From positions 144,873 through 208,872 of the forward strand of contig NW_021836178.1 in the NCBI RefSeq assembly GCF_006345805.1: 64,000 nt of DNA. Reading direction: 5' to 3'. The first letter of the stretch is position 1. Each line of letters begins with the position of its first letter. The DNA is from Octopus sinensis (Eukaryota). The notes beneath the pieces are model-generated. The model saw only the letters and a list, made by a program, of their open reading frames with translations, did no database searches and had not been told where the DNA came from. The position numbers and the translations under genes were made by a program. This document shows, piece after piece, positions 12,934 to 25,630 of the stretch.

Positions 12934-13361
12934 ATGAAGACTTGTTTGTATCAATTTCTCATTGAAAATTTAAACAAGAAGTGCCCTTATCTTTCGTGGA
13001 TTGGGATGTCGAATTCGTTTATCATTACAAATCCAACTGAACTTGCAAGAATGTATGGGAGTTAAAAGACAAACCGAGGATCTTAAAAAGAGAAAAAGGG
13101 CAGAAAAATACTTGCGCTTTTTATGAACAAATTTGGACAAAAGATGTCCTTTGGAAATCTTATGAGGAATATACACCTACTTACTGCTGCTAGAATGCAT
13201 ATGAGCCCCCTTTAAATTATGACGACCTCATACAATCTTATTTTTGAGAATATGAGGCTTCACAATCGGAAAATCAAAACAACTTTCCGCAGTCGAGTTA
13301 TGAAGAACGCCTCTTTCCTCAATATTACGATGATCTGTCAAACTATAACTTCTTTTGTTGA
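12934..13361 (+). pseudogene. ETS-domain-like gene, copy 1, lacking the recognition helix; frameshifts and stops present
   Basis: MKTCLYQFLIENLNKKCPYLSWIGMSNSFIITNPTELARMYG.LKDKP-RILKREKGQKNTCAFY aligns with ETS helices 1-2 and the wing. Homologous to 41290-41772. Confidence 0.65.
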
Positions 13362-13572
13362 AAATCATTAAATAATATATATATTAATTGTTATATTTAT
13401 ACACAAAAGCAAATATTATATCACATGCCCCATGCGTTGCCATGCCTGACGCGATTCCATAGCATTAAATTTTTAATATTTTAATTACAAATATTTAGAT
13501 GATTGAAATATTTATTTACTTAATTAATAAAAATTTTTTAATGGTTAACTATTATCATTAAAAAACAATAAA

Positions 13573-14450
13573 TTAAGCATGCTGTTTAATATCTCGTTTG
13601 TTTGTTAAGATTATTGATGATGAATACATTTTGAATGTTGTACCTATTGCTGTTAAATCAAAACAACAAAGACATCGACTCAGCAAAAAAGCTGGAAATT
13701 TTTGTATGATTTCTGGAAAGTTGTATCTTTCAAGCAAAGATAAAAGTCCGAAGCTTGTAATTACTTTGGATAATGAAGAGGAAATGGCTTTCCATTGCAA
13801 GAATATTCACAATATCACTCACTGCGGGCAGAATGATTTAGAATAGCACTGCCATGACAATTTCTTTACAATTAAAAGAAATGTTGTTAGAAAAGTCGTT
13901 TCGGAATGTCAAATTTGTTTGTTTTCAACTCCTCTGAAGGTATATGATGAGGAAAATCATATAACTGCATGTATTCCTAATGAAAGATTTCAGGTGGATT
14001 TAATTGACTTAAAAATATAATTCATTTGTTTATTGTAGGTTTAAACTTTAAACACTTAAATGATTCATTTTTCTGGATATTGGTTGTCATCGACGTTTTT
14101 TTGAAATTTGTGTTTACACGAAATCTTGTTAATAAAAGTGGACATGAAGTGTCCAATAATTTTCTTCAAATTTTTTTACAATTTGGTAATTGTCATATTT
14201 TGCAGTCTGACAATGGGACTGAATTTAAAAGTTCACATATTCATGCAAAAGATTCAAGATTAAACAACTCCACAGCAGATCATATAAACCCAGAAGCCAA
14301 GGAATTTTGGAAAGGTTTAATCAAACCTTAACAAGCTCCTTATCGAAAATGATGAAGGGGATAAAAATAGGACAAATCACATAAGTGAAGCTGTCTATTT
14401 TTATAATCTTACTGTACATTCATCAACTGGTATCTATTTTATTTTTTATT
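13573..14450 (+). mobile_element. Degenerate Ginger/GIN-like integrase
   Basis: HNITHCGQNDLE...CQIC (zinc-binding region), NERFQVDLIDL, WILVVIDVFLKFVFTRNLVNKS, ILQSDNGTEFK. No RT or LTR nearby. Confidence 0.75.
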
Positions 14451-14744
14451 CTCAAGGAAGTCTCTTTTTATGAAATACAGATGAATTAAGGGTCTAATAC
14501 TGCAATTCCGGATGCCATGGATGCAGAGAATCTCGATGAAGATGAAAAATGTGATGAAAAACAATAAGACTTTGATTTTAATTTTGAAATAATTAATTTA
14601 AAAATTTATTTAACATTTTAAACTTGAGATCTATAATGATTTTAAAATAAAAACTGGATAGAGTTTGAGTTTTTTATAAAAGATCTATAGATGATTTTGG
14701 AACTAAAAACTGAATAGAGTTTGAGCTATTTATAAAAGATGACC

Positions 14745-15780
14745 TTCTGGTAGCAAATAGTCGTGTTGTATTTATAGACAGCATTTTTCAAAATATCAAT
14801 CCAATTATTGTATTCGGACTGAAATATGGTTTTTGCTAACCAACGATTTAGCGTTTGATTATATCGTTCTACCTGCTCTCGTGATTGAGGGTGTCTTGGT
14901 CTTTCATGAATCGTCTTTATCCCCCAATCACGTAATAAAAATGAAACTTCGAGTTACAAAACTCTTTTCTACTCCTTCACGGAATCTCCATTGTACGGAC
15001 GAAAGCAGATTTTGTGATTCTACATAACAAGAAAGTTTGTTAAAGACAATCTTTTCCATAGTTTTGGAGAAAGCACAAATCAGACTAATCGGCCGATAGT
15101 TCATTGTAGCAGTTTCGATTTAACAAGTTTCGGTATCATTCGAACGATCGTACATGTCGATGTTCAGCTTCCTTTAAACATCATAGTCAGTGCTTGCATC
15201 AGACGCCTTCTTTAACAATATCTGAGGAATGTAATCAAAACCAGGTGATTTGTTAATCAACCCGGTTTTCCAAAGTACCTTTCAATTTGAGCAAGTTAAC
15301 AAGTTTCGGATTCAATTGATAATGATCTCTGTTGCTATCGCAAAATTGATTTCTGTGTCAATTTCTTTAGCAATTCCGTATAAAAACCTTGGTCCAATAA
15401 CGACAACTCCTGTTTTAGAGGGGACACGTGTTGTTGCAAGGGTCGAAAATTGAGAGACTGGGGTTGTTTGCAGGACATTACATGTAGAAGAGGACAGTGA
15501 TTGTGGACTATATCGGCAGATCATTCGGAATGAGGTGGCCCACTAAAAGAGAAGGCCTACAAGGCGAATGATTCGTCAACTGTAGAATCCTGGAATATAC
15601 ATGTTTCGGTGGAGTGACTAACAAGTGATTGATACCTCGTTTTGTGGAGGACTGGCTTGGTATCCCAACCACTCCTGTCGCCCAAATTGTTCGACCAAAC
15701 TGATTCAGCTAAGCAAAGGATCGGCAGAGGGACGAGATTACGTACGACTAAATGTTTAATAATGGCCTAATAAGATTCCA
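14745..15780 (-). mobile_element. Degenerate APE-type LINE reverse-transcriptase remnant
   Basis: The minus strand gives NYRPISLICAFSKTMEKIVFNKLSCYVESQNLLSSVQWRFREG, with many stops. Confidence 0.65.
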
Positions 15781-15863
15781 TGCATGTACATGGCCGCCAA
15801 TTGTAGAAAGTAGATGTTTTAATATATAATAAAAAATTGTTATAATTACTGCACGTGTGGGCG

Positions 15864-17788
15864 ATGTTGGAGCAAATATTTTACAAAAAGAGAACTATTA
15901 GAGAAAAGCCAATGTATAGACGTGTATAAGCACTGCAGCCTTCCCCAGCCAGACACACCCAACAAATTAATATGCAGTGCCCTTCCCTACGTCAACAACA
16001 TTCCCCACCTCGGCAACATCGTGGGGTGTGTCCTCAGTGCTGACATATACGCAAGGTAGACCAAAATCCACATCCCAGATATTGCCGCATGAGTGACTAC
16101 CCCACTCTCTTTATTTGTGGCACAGACGAGTACGGAACAGCCACCGAGACCAAGGCTCGTCAGGAAGGACTCTCCCCCTCCCAAATATGTGAAAAATACC
16201 ACAAACTCCACTCAGAAGTGTACGACTGGATTGACATTAGTTTTGACATTTTCGGAAGGACAACCACTCCCTTGCAAACAGAGTACAGTGCTTTTATCCA
16301 TTTTAGAATTACTCAACAAATATTCTCACAACTCAATCAGAATGGCTATATTCCTCCCAGTGGGTCGATCAACTGTACTGCACAACATGCAACATGTTCC
16401 TTGCTGATCGATATGTCGAGGGACAGTGTCCGAACTGTCAATATAATGACGCTCGAGGGGACCAATGTGATTTCTGTGGCCGACTAATCAAGGCCACTGA
16501 ACTGATATCCCCCAAATGCAAGAATTGTAGTGCCAGTCCAATAATCCGCAGTTCTAATCACTTATTTCTAGATTTGTCCTCAGTTTGTCATTTTTCTAAT
16601 TTTTAGTTACAACCACAACTAGAAGAGTGGATGGCCACCTCCAAAGGCTGTGGAGTGCCAACGCAGTCGCCATCTCGGCCGCCTGGATAAAGGAAGGACT
16701 CAAAAGTCGTTGTATAAGCCGAGACCTCACATGGGGGACTCCCATCCCCTTAGAAGGCTTCACAGACAAAGTTTTTTACGTTTGGTTTGACGCCCCAATC
16801 GGCTACATTTCGATCACAGCCAATTACTGTCCTGATTGGCAATTGTGGTGGAAGAATCCAGCACATGTCCAACTGACCAATTTCATGGCCAAAGATAACG
16901 TGCCTTTCCACTCGGTGGTCTTCCCTTCCTCCCTTCTGGGCACAGGAGAGGACTACACACTCGTGTCTCGCATTAGTGCCACTGAATATTTAAACTACGA
17001 GACCACCAAGTTTTCCAAGTCACGGGGAATCGGAGTTTTTGGCTTGGATATGAAAAATTCGGGGATTCCTTCCGATTATTGGAGATTCTACCTCCTCATC
17101 AATCGCCCCGAAGGACATGTTTTACCACTTTTGTAACATTAGGACTCCACATTCCACTGGGATGATATGTTGACGTGTATTAACAGTCATTTGGTCAACA
17201 ATCTTGGCAATTTTATCAACCGGTCCCTAGTTTTGAACATGTGTAGGGCTATTGTGTTTTGCAACAAGTTCTTTGACTCGGTTGTGGGCAGTGTGGTGAT
17301 CGCAGAGGAGATGGCTGAACTTTTAGCTCAGATTGGTCCTTTGGTGGAGAGTTATCACACTAATATGAACAATTGCAAGTATGTGTGTCTCTATTATCAG
17401 GTTTGTGGCTTCCATTTACGATGTCCTGTCCATTTCCCGTCTCGGCAATGCTTTTATCCAGTCACAACAGCCGTGGGTTAAAGTAAAGACCAGTTCAACC
17501 AAGTCGACTGATTGCCAATAATTGAGTAGGAGTGAGGCATATAACTGTACATCACTCATGTGCAATTTGGCCTGTTTGTTGGCTTATCTCATCTTTCCCT
17601 TCATTCCCCAGTCAGCAGCCAGTTTGGCTCGTCAACTCAACCTCCCCGATGATATTTCCACTTTGTGTGCCCCCACTCATTTCCGTCCTCTATTGAGAAA
17701 AGGACATCAACTTGGCGAGGCTGTTCCCTTATTCAGGCTGATCACGGCGGATGAGATCAGTAGGCTTAAAGATCTTCATGGTAGTTGA
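15864..17788 (+). CDS. MARS1: Cytoplasmic methionyl-tRNA synthetase, with about 8 introns of 22-27 nt
   Basis: [20 protein letters not shown] (HIGH-type), ICGTDEYGT, zinc knuckles [44 protein letters not shown]. One -1 shift near 16345-16355 is likely a sequencing error. Confidence 0.95.
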
Positions 17789-18187
17789 TGTTTTCTTTTT
17801 AATTCTTATTTTTGTTTGTTAAAATCTGTCACTTGTTCTTAATGAGGCATTCATTCCTTTATACTCCATAACCGACAAGAGTAACATTGCGTTGGCTTAT
17901 TCCACAATATTCATTATCAATGGAGCTGTAATAAATGTTAAAGCCTTTTAAATAGAATCTAAAAGAAAAGTCTGATGCTTCCAAAATAACCGTCAGCAGA
18001 CCAATATTTATTAGAATTTGTAAAAACAAAATTTAGAACTTTCGAATTTTTATAGACGATGGGGATTTTGAAATTTGTCGAATATTAATGATTGTAATTT
18101 TCTTTCAAGATAACTACAGCATAAATTAAAGGTAATTTGTTTCTCAGACTTATTAAAACTAAAACAAATTTGAGCATTTTTTACAAA

Positions 18188-18254
18188 TAATTTGGAAGGT
18201 GTGGTATTCGTTCAAATCCACAAAGCAATGGACAAAGTTTATGAAATGAATGTC
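18188..18254 (+). repeat. Rearranged copy of two GBA2-fragment pieces (22030-22044 joined to 21621-21665)
   Basis: 18197-18211 equals 22030-22044 (15 nt) and 18210-18254 equals 21621-21665 (45 nt), overlapping by GT. Confidence 0.7.
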
Positions 18255-18441
18255 AACTCTCTTCTCATTTTGCCTACCCTCTTCCTGTTCTTCAAGGCAA
18301 TGTCCTCACTTTCTACTATAGCTAGACTGACCTACCCACTGCTTTAAGTTCGAGCATATCCAGCCACAGTTTCCTCAATGTGATAGCACGGTAAATTAGA
18401 ACAACCGTTGAAAAAAAAATATTAATAAAATAAATGAAGAA

Positions 18442-19260
18442 TTATTTTTTAAAATGAATTCTCCAATATTTAGAAACTTTTTCGAACAACTTTTTATCAC
18501 ATGACATCTTTTCCCATTTTCTCTTTATTGCCGAAGCTGAACGTTGATTCTCATGTAAAATTGTAGAAATGTGATCAAAATCCTTTCCATAAATCTTGAC
18601 AGCATCCAACAATGTCGCTTCTTCTTTTATAGACCATAAAAGTCGATTTGACTTAATACAATCTGTGGAACTATTTACTGCAGAAAAATAATTAGTTTCC
18701 TTTTCCGATTCGAAATTAATTTTTAACAAATCTGGACTTTCTGAAGTTTATCGAATATTTCGGTCTTTTAAAATATCATAGCCATAATAACTGTTACTGA
18801 GAGCTACAATGTCCTCTAATTTACAATCTCCTTAAGATAATCAAAGTTAACTTACGGGGCTGATGCAAGTCGGCAATAAACCGTATCTTCATTAAGAGGA
18901 AGTTGTTTCTAGAATGTGATATAAGGATAAAAGAACCAGAAGGTCTGATTCAGTAAGCTAATTTGTCATATATTCAAAAACCTATTTAATTGATGTTTCA
19001 GAATTCTAACTGCCTCAAATTCCTTGTTGGAATCAGAATTTTGGCGTAATAATTTTAATATTTCCAAAATACACTTGGAGCCTGTGACATAATACGACAG
19101 TCTTGAAACTACAGAAACAATTATTTTCACAGTATTTAATTAGCAGCAGAGGATAAGATGGAATGGCAATTCCCACGCAAGATGAATATTGATATGCGTT
19201 GGAAAAGCCATGTCCGTTCCCGATGATCATTTCTCCTTCTGCTTCCCAGGTACCCCAGTT
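18442..19260 (-). CDS. SANT/Myb-domain protein; only the last exon is clear, upstream exons uncertain
   Basis: WSIKEEATLLDAVKIYGKDFDHISTILHENQRSASAIKRKW fits a SANT/Myb repeat (W..EE..LL.AV..YG.DF..I.....RS...K..W). Confidence 0.55.
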
Positions 19261-19514
19261 TAATAAGGAATTTTTTAGTTATTTGACAGATAGTTGTAAA
19301 TGAGCGAATCTAAAAATTAAAATTGAAAAGCATCATGTAATAAGATATTTTGAAATGTCAATTACAATTTTATTTTTTATATGCCAATTCTATTAAATTA
19401 TCTGTAAAAAATACAGAGAAATGTCTCAGTTACAAAAATAATTATTTAAAGAAAATTTTGGTACTTGTGAATCTACGGTTTTAAATAAAGTAATTATATT
19501 TTTTTATTTAGAGC

Positions 19515-19710
19515 CTTATTTTGTGATGCATGAGATGCGTCCGATTGGGTCTGAGTGAATTTTATGACAAGTGACGCCGTCATGACATCTCACCACATAC
19601 AGATTCCAAACATGAATGGACTTTTGGATGCTTGTACCCCTGGCTGTTGAGACGTCAGGAATACAGGGGCCTTCTACTCGGACCCTACTCCAGCGGATTG
19701 AAAATTTAAA
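19515..19710 (+). mobile_element. CRE-clade retroelement 3' remnant
   Basis: LVPLAVETSGIQGPSTRTLLQRI matches the family motif VPxxVETSG. Confidence 0.55.
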
Positions 19711-20124
19711 ATAAAATTGTTTATGAACTAGCATTAAGCTAATAAAAAATTTCTTTTACTGTAATGTAAAGTAGATCTTTTAAACATTAATTTATTCACA
19801 GCATGTATCATTTTTAAATTATTACTCATCCTCATCGATCATCGATAACAGTCTACAGCACAAATTCTATTTTATTGTTATACCTACTTTATATAAACCC
19901 CAAATTGACAAAAGTAGAACAAAACCAATTTTCTAATTGACACTAAAAACTTATCTTTTTTCCAATCCTCCTTCTGACCTATAATTAGTAACTAAATAAT
20001 AAAATCCTCTTCTATTTCAAAGTTACTTTTAACTTTTAAAAAAGGCCTAATTGAACCAATAACTCAATCCAAAACATATTTGATTAAAAAGTGACTAAAA
20101 GATGAATAAATAAAACAAACAACG

Positions 20125-20670
20125 TCAAATTGTTGCCCTACAATATGGACAGGATGATTGAGCAGTCGGACATGCAGACAACCATTTTTTCATGCAAGAA
20201 TAATGAAACACGTGTCCACATTTAAATAGGCATACATTTGAAGTGGATTTATAATCTATAAGACAAATAGAACAAGAATTTTCATCCTCGTAGTTCACAA
20301 GTTGGCTAAAAATGATCTTCTTGATTTGATTTTGCGGGTCTTTTGTCATTTCTTTTGAACGAAATTTAAGAATAAAAAGTAAATTTTCCATGTGTCTTCG
20401 ATCGACGGTCGAATAGTGGGACACTGCGTGATTTAGAAAGATTATTGGAGTATAAACGTAATAAACTGGATATGAATTCACATAAGGAGTGTAATGGGCG
20501 TGATATTAAACCTGACTCATAATCTCTATCGTTTTATTAAGAGTTTTGAGGGAACCTTGATAGATCGTAAAGAAATTGGGAGACATCATCGTTAGGAAGA
20601 GGAGTAAAAGGGTGAGAATTTAATTCAAAAATGGTAGATTCATTAAATAAGAGAATTTTCTGGTCGCTCA
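20125..20670 (-). CDS. RING-H2 E3 ligase-like protein
   Basis: CSICLIDYKSTSNVCLFKCGHVFHYSCMKKWLSACPTAQSSCPYCR (C3H2C3 pattern). The 5' end is approximate. Confidence 0.75.
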
Positions 20671-21620
20671 TACTATTGAGTAAAATTCTGATTCTAGTTT
20701 TTAATTATGTTGTTTTTATCTTTCTATGATGGAAAAGGCCGGCAGTGAAAAGACAATCAGCGAAATGACTAGAATCATTATCGACTTTAAATTTGAAAAT
20801 TATAAACCGTGGAACTAAATAAGAGCTACTCGACAAAATTATCTACAACTATATTTTTAAAGAAGATTGAAAGAAAGTTCCCAAAATAGTGGAATATGGT
20901 TTTGAAATTATTTTCGTCATGAGAGGACAGTCCGGAATAAGCCCAGTCAAATATGACAACAGTCCAGCCAGCAGAGAAAAGATGCCCACACAGTTAATTA
21001 ATCTAAATCCCAAATTTGTCTATCATCAGAAAAAACTGGCGATCGGCATGTCTGAGTATTCTGGCCAAAAGTGAGAAAAAGAATTGCTTTGGAAGGTTGA
21101 CTAATCAAATCAAAAATCCAAATCAAAATTTATTCCAAAGACCACCGTTAACCAAAGAAAAAAACTAACTAGGTGATCCCGACGAATTTGATCATTGCTC
21201 TCAGCTTCGCTCTGTGCTGCTCTCTTGAGCCCACACAAGATCGTTGAGGGCGGATCGTTTCTTTATAACATTGATGCCTTTTTGTATTCTTCTCAATGAG
21301 AGTTTCGAAAGAGATTGGTGGTTTGATAGCTTCACCTGTATACCATCTTTCGGTAAGTGTGAAAGCTCTTTTCTGGGTTGCGGAGATTTTACGGATGTTT
21401 GTATTCGAAATCAGTCAAGTAAGTTGTGATTTAGTTATCCAGAACTTCCCGTTTCTTCCTTAGCCGAGTCATTTGGTCTGGTAAGAATAATATTTTATAG
21501 TTGAAACATGAACTTACAATATAGATTAAGTATTTCTTTTTATATACAAATGACTGAATACATAAAATTATTTATATTCAAACAAATCAGAAATTTTTTT
21601 TTAATTAATTTTCTTAACAT

Positions 21621-22070
21621 GTTCAAATCCACAAAGCAATGGACAAAGTTTATGAAATGAATGTCCGACAATTCGGGGGGTGTGAGTGGGGGGCAGTGAA
21701 TGGGATATTCCCCGACGGGGGAGTGGACAGGGACTCGTTTCAGAGTGACGAAATTGACTGGAGTCACGTCCAGTCTTTCTGCTCTTTTTATATTGGAGGT
21801 GGATGGATAGTCTGATTGGTAGAATAAGACTGAATTGGGATTCTCGATAGTGAGGGGGATGTACGACAAAATATATCAGGAGATCGGACTCATGTTCCAA
21901 ACTCCTGAGGCTCTTGTAAAGAAGGGGTATTTCCGGTCTTTGGGGTACATGCGGGGACTTAATATTTGGGCCATTCAGTCCTCTCTGGAGTCTGTCAGGG
22001 ATGATTAGTTTATTTATTGGGCCTAATTTAGGTGTGGTATTCGTATCTAAAACAGCTTCGGAGTAGCTAA
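21621..22070 (+). pseudogene. GBA2: Non-lysosomal glucosylceramidase GBA2, C-terminal fragment only
   Basis: VYEMNVRQFGGCEWGAVNGIFPDGGVDRDSFQSDEI(W)TGVT...|NKTELGFSIVRGMYDKIYQEIGLMFQTPEAL...YFRSLGYMRGLNIWAIQ matches the GH116 C-terminus (AVNG, QSDE.W.GV, FQTPEA, RSL.YMR.L.IWA). Contains a 24-nt intron. No upstream exons are present. Confidence 0.85.
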
Positions 22071-22805
22071 ATACGTTTTTTTCAAATTTTACAATTTTTT
22101 CAGTAAAAATTTCAAAGACGGTAACATTTAAGTGTTTGTGGGTATCTTTCACCACATAAAGTTGTGTATTTCAAATTATGTTTTGACTTAAATCTCTAAA
22201 AACAATCTTTGTACGCTTTAAATTCACCAATTAAAGCTTCAAAGAAATCATTGTCGTATTTATTAAATAATTGACTTTAATCAGGGAACTCTTGAAAGAC
22301 ATCAAAAAGCATCAGCGCAAGTCACATTCATTCAGGAACCTTCCCTTGACAGTTGTTACATCTGGTTTAGTCTATCACCGCCGTCTACCCTCAAAGGCCG
22401 AGTGGGAAAACTTTTGACTTGTCACACATCGTGAATGCCAGTCAGAGTTATTAGTATTCTTGTCTATGCTTGTTTTCCACGTTGGAGCTGAAATACGCTG
22501 TGAAAACATCAAACGCCGCTTTAACCTCAATGACGTAAATATTGAATCAGAAGGTCTCAGTGAAAGCACACACAACTCAAAGTTGGCATACAAAACTGAG
22601 AAGCCGAACGTGTCCTTTATTTTTTGCGTTTTTTTTGTCATAGCTGAAAAGATCTGTTTCTCCTACAACGGTTGGTCTTACCGTGGAGCCAGAATACAAA
22701 TAAATGTAATAAATATGTTTTACTTATATCATAAATAGTTTATTCCTACTGATTATTGTGATTTTGTCGAACAGATTTTGTAGTTATTCGTGCGTCATTA
22801 TTAAT

Positions 22806-23232
22806 ATGGGAATAAAATATTTCATTCACCCAAACGGCACTAGTTTCTACCAGTGCAAGAAATGCCACGTCCCCTTCGCGAATCGCGAGGACATTCAGTC
22901 CCGCAGGTTCACGGGAGGCTCCGGGCAGGCCTACTTGTTCAAAAAAGTGGTCAACCTGCGATTTGGTGATGTACAGCCATGTCCTCAATGTCATATAGAC
23001 TAAACACCAAGTCATGCTGACCGGCCCTCACTTGGTCCAGGACGCCTTCTGTCGCGGGTGCGGGACCAAGATTGGTTGGAGATATGAATTCGCCTTTGAG
23101 GAGACTCAGCGCTATAAGGAGGATTCGGTCATCCTTGAAAAGGCACTCATCGAGCACTGCAATGACCCTTTGGACGGAGGATTTCTTTCCTCTTCAAGCA
23201 CGTCCAATGTTGCCAGTGTCACCTTATTGTAG
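22806..23232 (+). CDS. YPEL5: Yippee-like protein (YPEL5-type)
   Basis: C..C...[18 protein letters not shown]|...[47 protein letters not shown]; one intron of about 28 nt. Confidence 0.92.
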
Positions 23233-24023
23233 ATTTTACATTGATTTTTATTTTTGTTAATATTTTCAAATCAATTCGAGGGGAACTAATTGCTGGCCCA
23301 TTGTAGTGATATAATATTGCTAAGAAACGACGAGGCGTATTGCATTTCAGTCACTCATACTGCTGTCCGGTTATGACAGACAAAGGTGATTCTTACTCAA
23401 CTAATTCGATAACAACTCACTTATGTAATTCGAAAAATGGAAAGTTTTATATTAAGGCCATTTTAACGCTCTAACTCTGTGAGTCATACTAAGGGTTCGT
23501 TGTGGCTCAGACACTTCCTTATCGATGGTAACCCAATTCTTTTTTATTCAATCAGTAGAATTACAAGTTGGTAAATATAAGGCTATTTTGTTACCTAATT
23601 GTGTTAATGTGAAAAAACAATACAAAAGAATAAAATAACGTGACATCTTAAATTATAAAATCGTATTGTCAAAAAATTAACATCATTAATGAAAAAAGTC
23701 ATAAAATCATTATTTATTGAAAATAGTAATCAATTTTATTTCCATATCCATAGTACAGTCGAACCCCGTCCCAACAAAAAGCCCGCCTTCGGGCACCGTC
23801 GCTTTTTGGGGCGATTTTATTTTTTAGTAAATTTTTCATCAATAATTTCCAAATTTGGAAATTATCAAAACCCCACTGGGCACTTTACTAATTTATTTTA
23901 ATATTATTACATACTGATAGATTCCGACATTTTTTTATTTAATTTCGACATGATTAGTTTTTATTGTATCTTTTTGTTATTTACATACTGATAAAATAAT
24001 TAAATTTAAAGCTGCGTGATTTA

Positions 24024-25390
24024 ATGCGTCAGGTGACACTTTCTAGGGAAGAATTGGAAATTATCAAAGAATTCAAGTCCAATGAAGAGGATTTGAGTGT
24101 CTTCGATAACAAGAGCAAGTTCCAGCGAATGCGGCTTAAGAGAATAGCCAGATCAATTGTCTTTAAGGATGAAATTACTTACATTCTCGTTGATGATGTT
24201 CTCAAGCGTTTCTTTTGTGTGGAGGACCATGAGCTAAAAATGAAATGCATTGAGGTTTATTGAAAAATTTCATTAGGCCGAGCACAATAAAAATCACTTT
24301 GGGAGGGACAGACTGTATAGCAAGCTAAGATGCAAGTATTATAATTTGAGAAGGATAGAGATTACAGAGACTATCGGTAGATGTACCCTTTGTCAAGTAT
24401 GTTTCTTTATTTAAAATTAGTCAAAACGATTAGTGAGCACCAAACCAGAGATCAAACCCATCATTGCGAGCAGACCACGTGACCGATATATTGCAGACTT
24501 AGTCGATTTACGACGTTATTCATCGTTGAACGACTCATATTCATGGGTATTTATAATATTAATAAGTCGATAGGTATTACATGTGATAGATTCTTTTTTA
24601 AAATATGCCATGGTTGAGGTTATAAAAACGAAATCTGCCAATGAGGTTGCTTCTAGCTTACAGCGGATTATTTATTTTGTTGGACCATCATCCTGCATAC
24701 TGATAACGGAAATGAATTTAAGAATTCCAAGATGGAAGAACTATGCGAGAAGTATAATATTTCGCACGTATTTGGAAGACCACGGGCTCCTTGGGTACAG
24801 GGACAAATAGAAAGGTGTTTTCTGCATTAATTAATTTTAGATTTAATAAGAGTGTAAAAGGTTGGATTTCCTCCACCAGTGAATCAAAAAATTGTTTTGG
24901 ACGTTATGTCAATATTATCAAAGATATTGTCGAGGATTATAATTACACTATTCACTCGATGACAAGGCAGATACCTTACTTTCTGTTTATGGGAATCAAG
25001 AATTGCAATTTAGTTAGTGAAACACATCGAAAAGAGCTTATGGGGCATAACAGTGATGATACAGAAAAAGAGGATTTAGAAAATGACAGTGATGACGAAC
25101 TTGAGAAAAAGAGAAAGGAAGCTTTCAAAAACATTGTCTCTTGCGGTATAAAAATGAATAAAAAAGAAAATGGAAAAACGATGAGGATAGGCCATCAGAA
25201 GGCGATCTTGTACTTCTACGTACAGATAATGACACCAATCGGCCAAGATATCCGTTATATGACGGAATTGATTCCAGCAAACACAAGATCATCAGTGTGA
25301 AAAACGATCAGTATTTTTTAGAAGGAGAAAATGGTGAGATTGTACCAAATGTACACATCTCAAGATTTAAAACAATTAAGAAATAACTTA
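24024..25390 (+). mobile_element. Ginger/GIN-like integrase gene with micro-introns
   Basis: After removing GT-AG introns 24255-24276 (22 nt), 24397-24420 (24 nt) and 24547-24573 (27 nt): HNKNHFGRDRLY...CTLCQ SKRLV...RDRYIADLVDL...SW VLHVIDSFLKYAM. The 3' part has frameshifts. Termini not resolved. Confidence 0.82.
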
Positions 25391-25468
25391 TTTAACTCTA
25401 TAAAAATTTATTCAAAATTAAAATTTTCATTAACTTTTTAAGTATTAAAACTTTTTAAGTATTAAGGA

Positions 25469-25540
25469 TTAGGGTTTAGATTAGGATTAGGGTTTAGATT
25501 AGGATTAGGGTTTAGATTAGGATTAGGGTTTAGATTAGGT
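25469..25540 (+). repeat. Telomere-like 18-bp tandem array (TTAGGGTTTAGATTAGGA)x4
   Basis: Four consecutive units read directly, the last ending in T; degenerate TTAGGG-like words continue to about 25620. Confidence 0.92.
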
Positions 25541-25630
25541 TTGGAGATAAAAGTCAGTTTAGGGTGGAAACTAAGTTTTGGGCTAGACGCCAGGTATACG
25601 TTGGGATTAGAGTTAGGGGTTTTTTTAAGA

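Noticed and set aside
14648-14740. Two direct copies of an about 35-bp AT-rich unit
   Set aside because: A local duplication in TE debris with no further structure.
21621-21632. GTTCAAATCC as a tRNA/SINE B-box
   Set aside because: It lies in frame within GBA2 coding sequence (VQIH); no A-box or cloverleaf.
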